DNA of 64,000 nt from Phallusia mammillata (lineage: Eukaryota). Shown piece by piece: positions 13,901 through 23,700 of this stretch. A program made the position numbers and the translations under genes. The number at the start of each line of letters is the position of its first letter. Within the stretch, counting starts at the first letter, position 1. The notes under the pieces were generated by a model, which worked only from the letters and a program-made list of their open reading frames with translations, did no database searches and was not told the origin of the DNA. The DNA is taken from NCBI GenBank assembly GCA_965637545.1, contig OZ281501.1:15004001-15068000 (forward strand), given 5' to 3'.

Positions 13901-16900
13901 GCAACCCTCCCTCAGCGTGGCTTTGGACGTTCGATTTCCACGACGGAAGGCAAACACCACGAAATTGCTTTCATATTTGATGCGTCCGACAGCATTAAAG
14001 ATGTCCAGTTTATGTATGCAATCGCATTTGCAAAGAACTTAGTAAAAAGGGTATGATTTTTTAATATAAGAGAGCAACACATGCAAAAAACTGATTTCAC
14101 TGTAACATACCTTTTGCAGCTTTCAAATTACCAAGCTAGCATCAATTATGGATTAATGGTGTTTGGTAGTGATTTCGAAGTGAGGATTCGTTTGCAAGAT
14201 AATCAACAAAACTCTACAGCTGTTCTCGTTGAGCTTCGCAATTGTCTAGAGGATTATAGAAGCGGTGAGAAATTCATACGTTAAGTTGTATAAGTTTTAT
14301 TTCGCTTAGGTGAAAGAGAACATAGCGACACAATAGCACTAAGCAGAAAAATTCTGCCCAATGGTGAAACGTTTTGGAGCGCAAAACGGATGGAGGATCT
14401 AGGGCTGTTATCACACAAATATTATATGATTTTTTGAAATTTGTAATTATTTCAAAATTTTTTAAATAATTTCAAATACAAGCAAATAGTTTTTTCTATG
14501 CAATAAACCTCGATATATGTGCAAAATCAATTTTACATTTTTATAAAATTGCGGTTACACAGAAGCACTGCAACATATGTTTTCAGCCGTATATTAATGT
14601 TCATTTACCCATTCCCCCAAAAATGTTGGACAAAAAAGCATGACAATTTACTGTTTATTCCGGTATTAGTTACACCCAGGAATAACTAAAGTTATTCAAG
14701 CAAGTAAATAAAATGTTATAGATCACAACTCAATTCAGCAAGTATCCAAGAAAAAGCTGTTGAAATAAAGTGAAAAAATACACACGGAAATACATATGGA
14801 TTTGCAAAATTACGGAGAGTAACTGAAGCATGTCTCTATCTGTACTAATTTATTATTTTAAACAGAAAAAAAAGAAGTAGCCTAGATTTAATGACTATAC
14901 GAACTTACAAATTCATTTCGTAATTTCAACTACCCTTATTTAATAATGACTCTGGGCCTGTATCAGATATTCTAGATTATTGGTATTCTAAATCATGTAT
15001 AAGGTATTCTAAATTATTTAAATTATTTGATTATTTGAGTTGAAAGGAAAAAAATTATTTGAAAATTTCAAAACCTTTATTTGATAACAGCTCTAGGTGG
15101 ATCATGGTTGAACGCGCTGCAGCCACGCCAATTTTCTTGTGGTAAAAAGCATTGTGTTTCAGAAAAGTGCAATTTTTACAGGACTTTTTACCGAAAGATT
15201 ACGAGGCAACACGGCAACTAACAAAGCGCTAAAGGAAATTGGCAAACAAATGGCAATAAGCTCAAACAATGATCGTGATAAGGAACGACATTTCTTTTTA
15301 TTTACAGATGGTAAGTAGTTCTGTATTGTAAACGTAACTTGTTTGAGTAACTTGTTTCATGCAGGAAAAACAAATGAAGGAGAAAATCCGTATCAAACCA
15401 AAAATGAGATGCTTAATGAATTTGGTGATGTTCTCGAGGTGACCAGTTTCAAAATTTTTGTTTTAAAGTTTGTGTAAAATATTCTGTTTTTTTTTAAGTT
15501 TTGTTTGTTCATTTTTAAGCGAATTTTAAGCCGGTGCGCGAACGACATGTAATTGAGTGAAAAGTTGTTTTTTAGATTTCAATACTGAGCGAGTCTAGGT
15601 CTTCAGCAAAATATAAAGTTTAAACAACCCATAAACAAGTTAAAATTGGATGCTTTGAGTTTAAAGTGCAGAATAATTTAACCGGGTAATAATACAATGC
15701 CATCATATTCAAATAATTGCCCAAATATGCATATAAATGCACAGAGGAATGTCGCCCATTTTTGACAATTGCAGAAATGTTTTGCTTCTGAGTAAAAGTT
15801 GCTTACAATTTAACGCGGTCGGGTACATCTTAGATATACGTTGTCACGGCATGCACGTCGTGCAAAAATTTCGATCAGGAATCTCGAGACGCCGAGAAAG
15901 AGATGAGGCGGTTGGCAAGCAAACCCGAAAACTTTATTCGAATAGAGAACTATTACCTTCTTAACACTTACCTTGACGAGGTCGCAAATTTTACCACTGG
16001 TGAGTCATGTCACTTTAAGTAAAGTTGAGTGAGAGACATTTTGGATACAAATTTTAACGCACATAACACTACAATAATTCTAGAGGTAAATGTTTAACAT
16101 TAAATGTATTTAAGTCATATATGCATAATGTATGAGTATCTATTCAGATTTTCAGTTTTTTGTGGATTGGAACATTTGACAGCTGTCTGGTTAAATGAAG
16201 GATATGTGAAATGTTTTGTTTACAACATAAAAGCAATCAGTTTCACTTTGTATGACACTGAATCTAAATATTTGTAAATTTTTTCCCGTGATCCAATTTA
16301 AGTTGTTCAACCATGCGATATCAAGCAAGACCATGCCCCCGATACGGTGTTTCATATAAACTGTTTATAGTACTTTGGCTATATTAGGAAACAAAAAGAC
16401 ACAAAGGCGAAATATCATAAAAATCTGACGTTTTTGACTTTAATACGTTTTGTGACCGTATTGCTACAAACACTGCAACCCACATCAAACAAAAAGTTGC
16501 AAAAAGCCAATAGATGGCGTAAAGACCTAAAATATCACATTAGCACCTAAACAGGAATGGTGTTCGGAACTAAAGCTTTAAAGTTAGTTTTATTGGCATT
16601 TTTTAAAACCTTCTCCAACCCAGACAGCTTTGGTCATAAGCATTTGGATCATTTCCACTGGGCACCAATGCTCTTTGCACCAACCATCATTATTTAGCAC
16701 TTTTTGTTAGATTTTTAAACGAAAATTTTAAACCAGATACAGTATGAATTAGGACGAAACGATGCAGCGAAATTCTGTATTATTTTGTTTGAAAAAGTGT
16801 TAGTTTTTTACAAACAAAGTAGGAGCAGTTAATAACAGGGAGCAAAATACCTCAGCCACAAAGTAACAACTATGCCAAAGGAACTATTTTTTAAACATAC

Positions 16901-19900
16901 CGGATATACAATGTGATAATCACACATACACGTAACATAAATGTATTGGTACTAAAACTAATTTACTCCCAATGATCTTTACTTCTAGATTTAAAGAAAT
17001 GCGGCCAAGCTGGGAAAAAGGACAGTATTTTCCACAAAAAGGCGTTCGGCCGCGTCATTGGAGGAGGTAAATCAAAAAGAGCCTGGCCGTGGCAAGCTGC
17101 AGTAATGCCTAAAAATGGATTAACAGTTTACAGTGTAAGTGGCCTTTGTTTCAATAAGAAGTCCGCGTTCAAAAAAGTTCGCTCTGAGAATTAATTTAAA
17201 ACGTTTTTGGTCGATGCAACTATCTTACTATGGCGCTTTATAATGCCCGTGTAGCTGCATCGCGTTCTATTATCACATTCTACTTTATATTTATAAGGTC
17301 CCTTTGGTGTCCCACCAGGTTTTTTTTAAGGTTTGGTTTGGGTGACCGCAAAGTAGTTTTAAGAGACCGCAAGTGTTTCATTTCAATACCAAAAAATAGC
17401 CATTTTTCCTAAAGCTGTAGTTGCAAGTCCAAATTTTGGGAAACCGCTACGGTCCCCCAAAACACCATAAAAAAACACTGCTTCATTTTTAAAATTTACT
17501 TATTTTCCATCGGTTTCACTTAATGATTCTTTACCTTCACAGAGCTTTAAAGGGATATTCTCTGGTGGAAGCCTTATCAATCAGCAATGGGTTCTTACAG
17601 CCGCTCATATATTTGACAACTACGCCGACATCGAACAGCTGACAAGCACCCTGGCTGTGGCAGTAGGTAATAACAACTTTTTTAATACCGTTTCGTCTTC
17701 CTTTGTCGGATGGCGCTTGTAAATCTGTGATATTTTTTCTTTTTGTCAGGTATTTTCGTGCGGCCAAAGCCTAGACAAGCCATTAACCCGGCCATGAAAG
17801 TTTTCCAACCGCGAAGAATTTTTATTCATCAAGATTTTGATCGAGAAGATCGCGATGGAAGAAACAACTTTGATCATGACGTGGCACTGGTACGATTTAA
17901 TATTGTTTCAAAACAGAATCTCAGTTTCACGTTTGTTAAATTTTGATGGCTCATTGGAAAAATGAGTGTGGTCAGTATTTTGTTTTGCTGCAAACTAAAA
18001 AAAACTTCTAAGAAATGTGATACTTTCAATTGCCTTAGAGATGAAGCGAAACATTTCACATTCAATTTGAACAAAATGAGTGAAAAAAACGTTATGCCAT
18101 TTGATTTAGCTTGTAACTGAAATAAAAGGAAACCAACAACGCCGCTGGTAGTTGATTTTTTACAATGTTATCAGTGCTGTAAAATATCAAGATTTTAACA
18201 GATATAATATAAAACAATCACATAATGAAACGGAATATAACCCAATCTAATTGGATCGTTTGTTGAGATTGCAATAAGAAACAAAGGTTGTTTAGATTCG
18301 AATCGGTGTGGCACTTCGAGCCATCAGAGATGGAATTGATTGGGTTTGGTCGACCAGAAAACCAGAGTTTGACGGAACTATCCCCCTTTCACCCTATGTG
18401 AGACCAATATGTCTGCCCTGCAGCAATACTTGTGTCCCCATTGACAAGTACGTGGACCAGAATGGAAACCGAATAATTGAAGATGGAGACTCCGAGGATG
18501 TCAAATGTCAAAAGAAAGGCAAGTGGAATGACAGTACAAAACACGCGTGCAACAAAAATTTGCGCGTTAACCTTGACTTGGTAATAATCAAAGTGTAAAA
18601 TCCCAACTTTGTCGTTAGATATAGTTTCGTCCTCGCGAGAAAAACAGACAAACAATAGACTAAAAATTGTACAAATCATTTACCGAATTATCATGTTTTC
18701 AAACTTAAATTTGTAAACATTTCGAATCAAGTATGAATTTTCCCCTTGTTCTGACCACATATTTTTCCTCAAAATGCCCCACAAATTCTGTACAATTTAA
18801 ATTGGACTTGTTGGGTTGTACAGCTATTGCAACACAGGCAAGCATTTACAACGCTTTCTGTATGCAGGAAGATGGATAGTCGATGACTATGTTGAAGTTA
18901 GCAGAATACCTGTGATCGTTACAGGATTTGGAAGATGGACTTTGTCTACTAACAAAACGGTCCCAATTCCGTACCGTCTTAAGGAAGCAGTCCAACAAAT
19001 CCAGTCAGATGCCTCGTAAGTTTGAGTTGATAACAGTAATGTGATGAAGCGTTAGTGAGAACGCACCTTGCAATTATTCAACCTTTAACCAGGCCTTAAT
19101 GTTCGAATTTGGTCTTGGCGCTCTGTCATACGTCGTTAATGCTAAACCATTTGACTTAACCAGTAGTTCTCAACGTAAAGTAGTTCGATTTATGAGAATC
19201 GAGTGACAATTCTCTCAGAAGTTGTCATTTTGTTTTGCGCATGTCATTTCTTCTTCTATACGAATTTTAATGACAAGATTTACATTTGCATAAAAAATAT
19301 TGTAAAATTGTTTAGTTGCGGCAGTGTTTAAGAGATGATTAGTGGTGCTTTAATATTTTTGAATGCTTGTATCACCAGATGCAATGAAGAAGTTGAAAAG
19401 ATAGCACGATCGGGAATACGTTTTTTGTACACTAATCAGATGATTTGTGTGAAAAGTCCTGAGTGGTTGAATACGGTGTCTGACACATGTCAGGGAGATA
19501 GCGGTGGACCTCTTATGCGAGAGGTATATGTGCAATTGGGTAGTAAGCTTAATACAAAGTAAATCTATGTTGTTGTTTTTTCAAATGGTAAGTTGGTGAT
19601 CATTTACTCAAAACAAAGTTTTTAATGCCACTTCGAGCATTAGCAGTAGCTAACAAGAGTTGTAAACGTGCCAACTTTTTCGAATAATTTGAAAAAAGTT
19701 ATTTTTTTTAATCCTGACTACTTCTGAAAGCTTACGTCATCGAACGCAGGTTTAGGCATATAAACAACATTACAACCTTGGTTTTAAGTACAAGAACCCG
19801 AATACCGGAGAATCGTGTTGGATTCAAATTGGAATTGTCAGTTTTGGCTACAGCTGCGCTAAAGTTCATAAAGATGGATCTGTGTATCCATCATTTTACA

Positions 19901-19956
19901 CAGAAGTTTCCAAGGTTCAAAGTTGGATTGAATCAACGATGAACGATAATCCTTAA
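4945..19956 (+). CDS. CFB: Complement factor B/C2-like serine protease with extra LDLa and WAP domains (about 1029 aa)
   Basis: 21 exons: 4945-4990, 5284-5325 (uncertain, can be skipped in frame), 5489-5626, 6151-6291, 6717-6929, 7808-7945, 9534-9710, 11594-11791, 13359-13541, 13845-14050, 14120-14264, 15182-15310, 15365-15438, 15834-15999, 16989-17134, 17543-17666, 17750-17889, 18296-18518 (GC donor), 18868-19015, 19379-19523, 19789-19956. Total 3090 nt in one open frame. CCP-CCP-CCP-vWA-protease core; MIDAS DASDS...T...TDG; triad TAAH / DHDVAL / GDSGG; Bf-type ICLPC motif. Confidence 0.93.
5489..5626 (+). CDS. Factor B-like gene: LDL-receptor class A exon
   Basis: [39 protein letters not shown]: six Cys and the acidic DC...DE motif; phase 1-1 exon. 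Confidence 0.9.
6151..6291 (+). CDS. Factor B-like gene: WAP (four-disulfide core) exon 1
   Basis: [47 protein letters not shown]: eight Cys, CxC in place of the usual CC; tag|...|gtaagt; phase 1-1. Confidence 0.88.
6717..6929 (+). CDS. Factor B-like gene: CCP1 exon
   Basis: [12 protein letters not shown]...[31 protein letters not shown]: four Cys plus the conserved Trp; phase 1-1. Confidence 0.88.
7808..7945 (+). CDS. Factor B-like gene: WAP exon 2
   Basis: [46 protein letters not shown]: eight Cys, CxC variant; phase 1-1. Confidence 0.88.
8288..8755. mobile_element. hAT-type MITE, 468 bp
   Basis: 13-bp TIR CAGGGAGTCGAAC / GTTCGACTCCCTG; perfect 8-bp target duplication GTTTAAAC (8280-8287 and 8756-8763); internal GGTTCG repeats. 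Confidence 0.85.
8978..9129 (+). mobile_element. Short element with 28-bp terminal inverted repeats enclosing a decayed hammerhead-type core (Penelope-like remnant)
   Basis: atcaagttttatagagttcttctggcaa versus ttgccagaagagctctataaaacttgat (1 mismatch); core 9048-9088 CTAATGAAGGCGACCTGTTATATAGGACGTCGAAACGTCGG. Confidence 0.6.
9141..9513. mobile_element. MITE with TAGGCCTACCATA termini
   Basis: 13-bp TIR; repeated GAGGACA sub-terminal motifs; flanking direct repeat ATTTAAT (9134-9140 and 9514-9520). Confidence 0.75.
9534..13541 (+). CDS. Factor B-like gene: CCP2, CCP3 and CCP4 exons (9534-9710, 11594-11791, 13359-13541)
   Basis: Each exon is one CCP with 4 Cys and Trp. The last ([27 protein letters not shown]) has the CPDPG.P start typical of the CCP preceding the vWA domain in Bf/C2. 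Confidence 0.9.
10726..11165. mobile_element. MITE with imperfect TIRs of about 105 bp
   Basis: 10726-10829 is the reverse complement of 11061-11165 (gtccaacc..ttgttacgc..ttttgtgtccaaa..acacataaattgtctgatttttacaa); right end in TA. Confidence 0.75.
12754..12927. repeat. Diverged tandem duplication, period about 89 bp
   Basis: Two copies of tccccagtttt...gaaactca...gttgcaataacaata...gataggg.accgc.ttaacagcat.ttgt. Confidence 0.75.
13845..15999 (+). CDS. Factor B-like gene: linker and vWA domain exons
   Basis: QRGFGR|[22 protein letters not shown]...GNTATNKAL...[13 protein letters not shown]...[10 protein letters not shown]...[17 protein letters not shown]; MIDAS residues intact; five exons, with introns as short as 54 and 69 nt. 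Confidence 0.9.
16989..19956 (+). CDS. Factor B-like gene: trypsin-family protease domain exons
   Basis: KCG...AFGR|VIGG...AWPWQAAV...[19 protein letters not shown]...DHDVAL...VRPICLPC...VTGFGRW...[13 protein letters not shown]...[12 protein letters not shown]...[14 protein letters not shown]; catalytic Ser codon AGC at 19500-19502. Confidence 0.92.
17316..17480 (+). repeat. Dispersed repeat, copy 1 (small TIR element)
   Basis: caggtttttttaaggtttggtttgggtgaccgc...aagagaccgcaagtgtttcatt... matches the reverse complement of 20659-20778 with few differences; ends in aaaaaaacactg. Confidence 0.75.
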
Positions 19957-20658
19957 ATGTTTCTGACAAATTTTTTCGCTTAATTTTATACAATCCGGTC
20001 AATTTTTACACCTACTCACAAACGTCTGCTTTTATGTTGAAAAAATGCCCAGCATGTTCCAGACACACGTGTGTAGATATACCCACCAAAAAAGTTTGAC
20101 AAACAACCCACTTATTGTATTTGCAATGAAATGTTTTGCTGGTCCCTGTTTTTGAAACTTTGTTATTTCTCTTGACTTTGATTTTTTAATTGAAGCATCC
20201 TAAATACTTATGAAACTTCCGCTAAATGATTTAGACGCACACGACGTACTTTGTGCAATAATTTTGTATTGTTTTGTGCCTACTTATAGTAGAAGTTGTA
20301 ATCGTGTATACTTTGCATCTACTGAAATATACGACTTATAAGTCCACAAGATGTCGCTCACGTACCGTGTATATTTTTTATTAGTCGAATCTAAACATTT
20401 CAGTTGGTTTCCAACACACATGCAATATGATTAACCCCGTGTCTTTACATTTCGTAGGCGCCCAAAATACGACGTTGTATAAATGAAACATTTCAAATTC
20501 AAGATTTTTGTGTGTTTTAGGTGATGCTCTTTGAATATGCTTTTGGCTAAACGTAGTCACAAACTTTTATTCGATTCACCTCTCATATTGAAAAGGTTGT
20601 AGTCATTTGTTCGGGGGTTTATGATCTAACTCACAAACAGTGTCCCCCAAATTTCTCC

Positions 20659-20778
20659 AGCGGTTTCCCAAAATTCCCGTTTAAGCAAATATGGCTATTT
20701 TTTTGGTATTTAAATGAAACACTTGCGGTCTCTTAAAACTACTTAGCGGTCACCCAAACCAAACCTTAAAAAAACCTG
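20659..20778 (-). repeat. Dispersed repeat, copy 2 (inverted relative to 17316-17480)
   Basis: agcggtttcccaaaatt...gaaacacttgcggtctcttaaaactact.agcggtcacccaaaccaaaccttaaaaaaacctg. Confidence 0.75.
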
Positions 20779-23700
20779 CTCACAAATAAAGAGCGTTAAC
20801 AGCTTCCCGTGTGAGCTATTGTAGGCAAAACTGGCTGTTTAGTTTGAGCGCACATCGTGGCTTTGCATAGATTTTGGCATTACTTGCATGGCAAAATGGC
20901 TGTATTATCAACTGGTAATTTGGCTTTCAATATGATAATGTGCAAATGGTTTTAATAAATCACGAAACTAGAAGAATTATTATTATCCAAGTGAGAAAGA
21001 AAACAAAACTTACATAGTACATCGTGTGAAGTTTCCTCTTTGCAGCCGCGCAGCCCCTGCATACTGGCGTGTTGTATTTTACGCAGCGTGAATTGAATGC
21101 CACTTTTCGTCTCGCTCAGCAATTTTCCAGTTTGCCAAGTTGCCGGCTCCAAACGAAGCTGACTTGCCCTCTGGGTGTGACGGAAGATCACCGGGCCACT
21201 GCGCACAATCTAACACAGGAAAAAATGTGTTCAGCCAAACTCCCTTTTCAAGATCATAAGTTCACGTGACTTCCAGACTGGGCGGGAAGTTGGTCACGTG
21301 ATTTCTCCACGTGCCTCGCATTAGGTTTAACAAAAATTTTGTGACAAGAATTCATACAGTCGTTTCGGTATTGATTTGAAAAATTAGCTGCGGTTAAAAT
21401 CACTTTCTGACAAATATGTTGTAAACAACTATGTTGTATTTGTGGACTCACTTTTACATGCCAAAATGACGGTGAAGGTTCATCGTTCTTTTACGCCTAA
21501 TATACTTTTTATATCTAAGCTATAAGCAATACAAACTGCAAATACAACTAACAAGAATTCTATCGTTCTAAAATTTAAAAATGTTTAATAAAGATATAAT
21601 AGATAGCTCGTACATTACGTTTGGTGGATTATGCACCTTTGATGCTACTATTTTTACGTTTATTGTTGCAGAAAAAATAAATAAAAACGAAATGGTTTTG
21701 ATGACATTTGTTACTGTAACATGCAAAAAAAGGATTTTAGCATTAAATGACATTTTATTCGGTTGGTTCGATTTTGTCTGTGTTGCATCAACGAACTTGG
21801 CAGCAGGAATGTTTTGCAAATATACGGAAAAACCGGTTGCAGCGATTAGATAGGCACCGATATTGGAGCGCATTTGAGGAATGTGGAAAAACTAGACCGT
21901 CACTTGGGCGACGAAGTAGACAGTAAGGTTGCTGCAAGTTCATTGTAATTAGGTCAACTTGTAATAGTGCTGATACAAGCCTTTGTGGTTAAAGTTTTTA
22001 TTTGAACTGTTTGTCCAAATTTGCCATACAATGAATTGCTTCTTTGGAAAATAAAATTCGGACACCAAATTTTTTTCAGCAATGCGAAGTTAATTATTAG
22101 ATGAAAACAAAAAACTGCATCGTTACCTAAATATTTTTAACTTGCCTGAAAACGTTTTTTTGTAGTGAAGACGTTTTTTTGTAGTGAAGGAATAACTTTT
22201 TCCATTGTTCATATCCCCACCCAAGTTGCAGGTCGCATTCCTCTCATTTGCGACACGCTTCACCGCTTGCACGTCACGCACCACTTGCCTCCGTCACGCT
22301 TTTGCGTTCCAGAAGTCGAGGCACGCGAGCTGGGGGTCGTTTCCCAAACCTGTTTCAAGCTTGAGGCCTCCACGCTGCATTGCCGCTGGAATGAAACGAA
22401 TGAAAATTCTGCTTTGACGGCCGAAGGCACGGGGGTAAAAACCGCCGCGCCAGAAATTCTTCACGTGTGATGGGCGAGGCAATCCAGTTACGTGCTGGGA
22501 ACAGCTCGGCATTCCTCACTTTGAGCCCTGGGGCACGACTGAAGAGGTTGTGCGGTAAATTGACCCGCGTCTGTGCAGCAGCAGCACATGCAAAGCCCGC
22601 ACGAATGCATCGCTGCATAGCAAATGTTTAGGAAAATCGCAAGGTCGGTATTCGAAATGTCTGCGTCTCACGCGATTGGAAACCAGCTGTATATGGCGCA
22701 GTAGCGGAAATTGGGCCAAGGTAAATTAAAAATGCTACCTTTTGCCGAAAGAATTTTATCAGAAACTTTATGGCAAGTCTGATATCTTATGTTGTCGTTG
22801 TGGTGTTCGACAATGAGAAAATCACAAATATTGTTTCAAAACAAAACCCTTAGGGCAAAACGTAACATAGAAGCACAAAAAAAACAAGTCGTAATGCAAG
22901 CACAATGGTTTTGGTTGTGTGTAAATGGTCAGCCGTTGAAGTAACAGTAAATGTCGAGTTCTGAAGAATTCCACCACCACTACCACTGGCTAAATCTCTC
23001 CTTATTCCACGCCTTCCTTTTCTAAACGTTCCATTTTAAGGCTGCAACCTGCCAGGCGTTGGTCCTGTCATGCATTGCTTGTCGGAATGCTACGTCGTGA
23101 CGTAATCCCTTCCGTTGCCGCTGGTACGATGCGTTACCATGAGTAGAGAGCTCGAATGCTTCAATAACGTGTCCCATATTCCGGTGCAGTGTCAGCGTTT
23201 CCGTGTGTGCCAATCGCACAATGTATGCGCTCAATTTGGGAACTCGCAACTGTGGCATTCTCATACTGCAGCCCAGGCGATTATCTAACCATTTTCAGCA
23301 TAGCAATAAAGCAAAAAGAAGCAGTTAAAACCAGGAGATAGAAGCTATGGCAAAAGAGGGTTCAGGAATTGTTTACGGTTTTGCATGAAATGGACCGTTT
23401 GTAGACATAAGGCTAAAAAAGGATCTAATGAAATTTGGATTTGGCGAATTTTTATAGGTTTGCTATGTGAAACGCCGACATTATCGTTGTGAAGAGAGTT
23501 TTAGTTTAAAAGCAGGTGGTTCTGCCTGTTAGGAATGCCGTAGCGTTAGTACTATTGCGAAACTTATTCATAAAAGTCATAATTTCCAGGTATAACGCTT
23601 TCGTGGTATTAGAAATGAACATTTACGTACGTTTCTTTTATGGTCTCTTAGGTACATGCTAGAACACTGTTAAAAAGAAATTTGCTCTCGACGCGTCCCT

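Noticed and set aside
18920-18940. Third GFGR motif (VTGFGRW) in the protease domain
   Set aside because: It is the structural G-W-G position of trypsin-fold proteases, not a likely activation site.
17316-20778. Inverted repeat pair bracketing the last six Bf exons, as a possible inversion switch
   Set aside because: The copies are short, diverged members of a dispersed TE family; no recombinase or other evidence of inversion.
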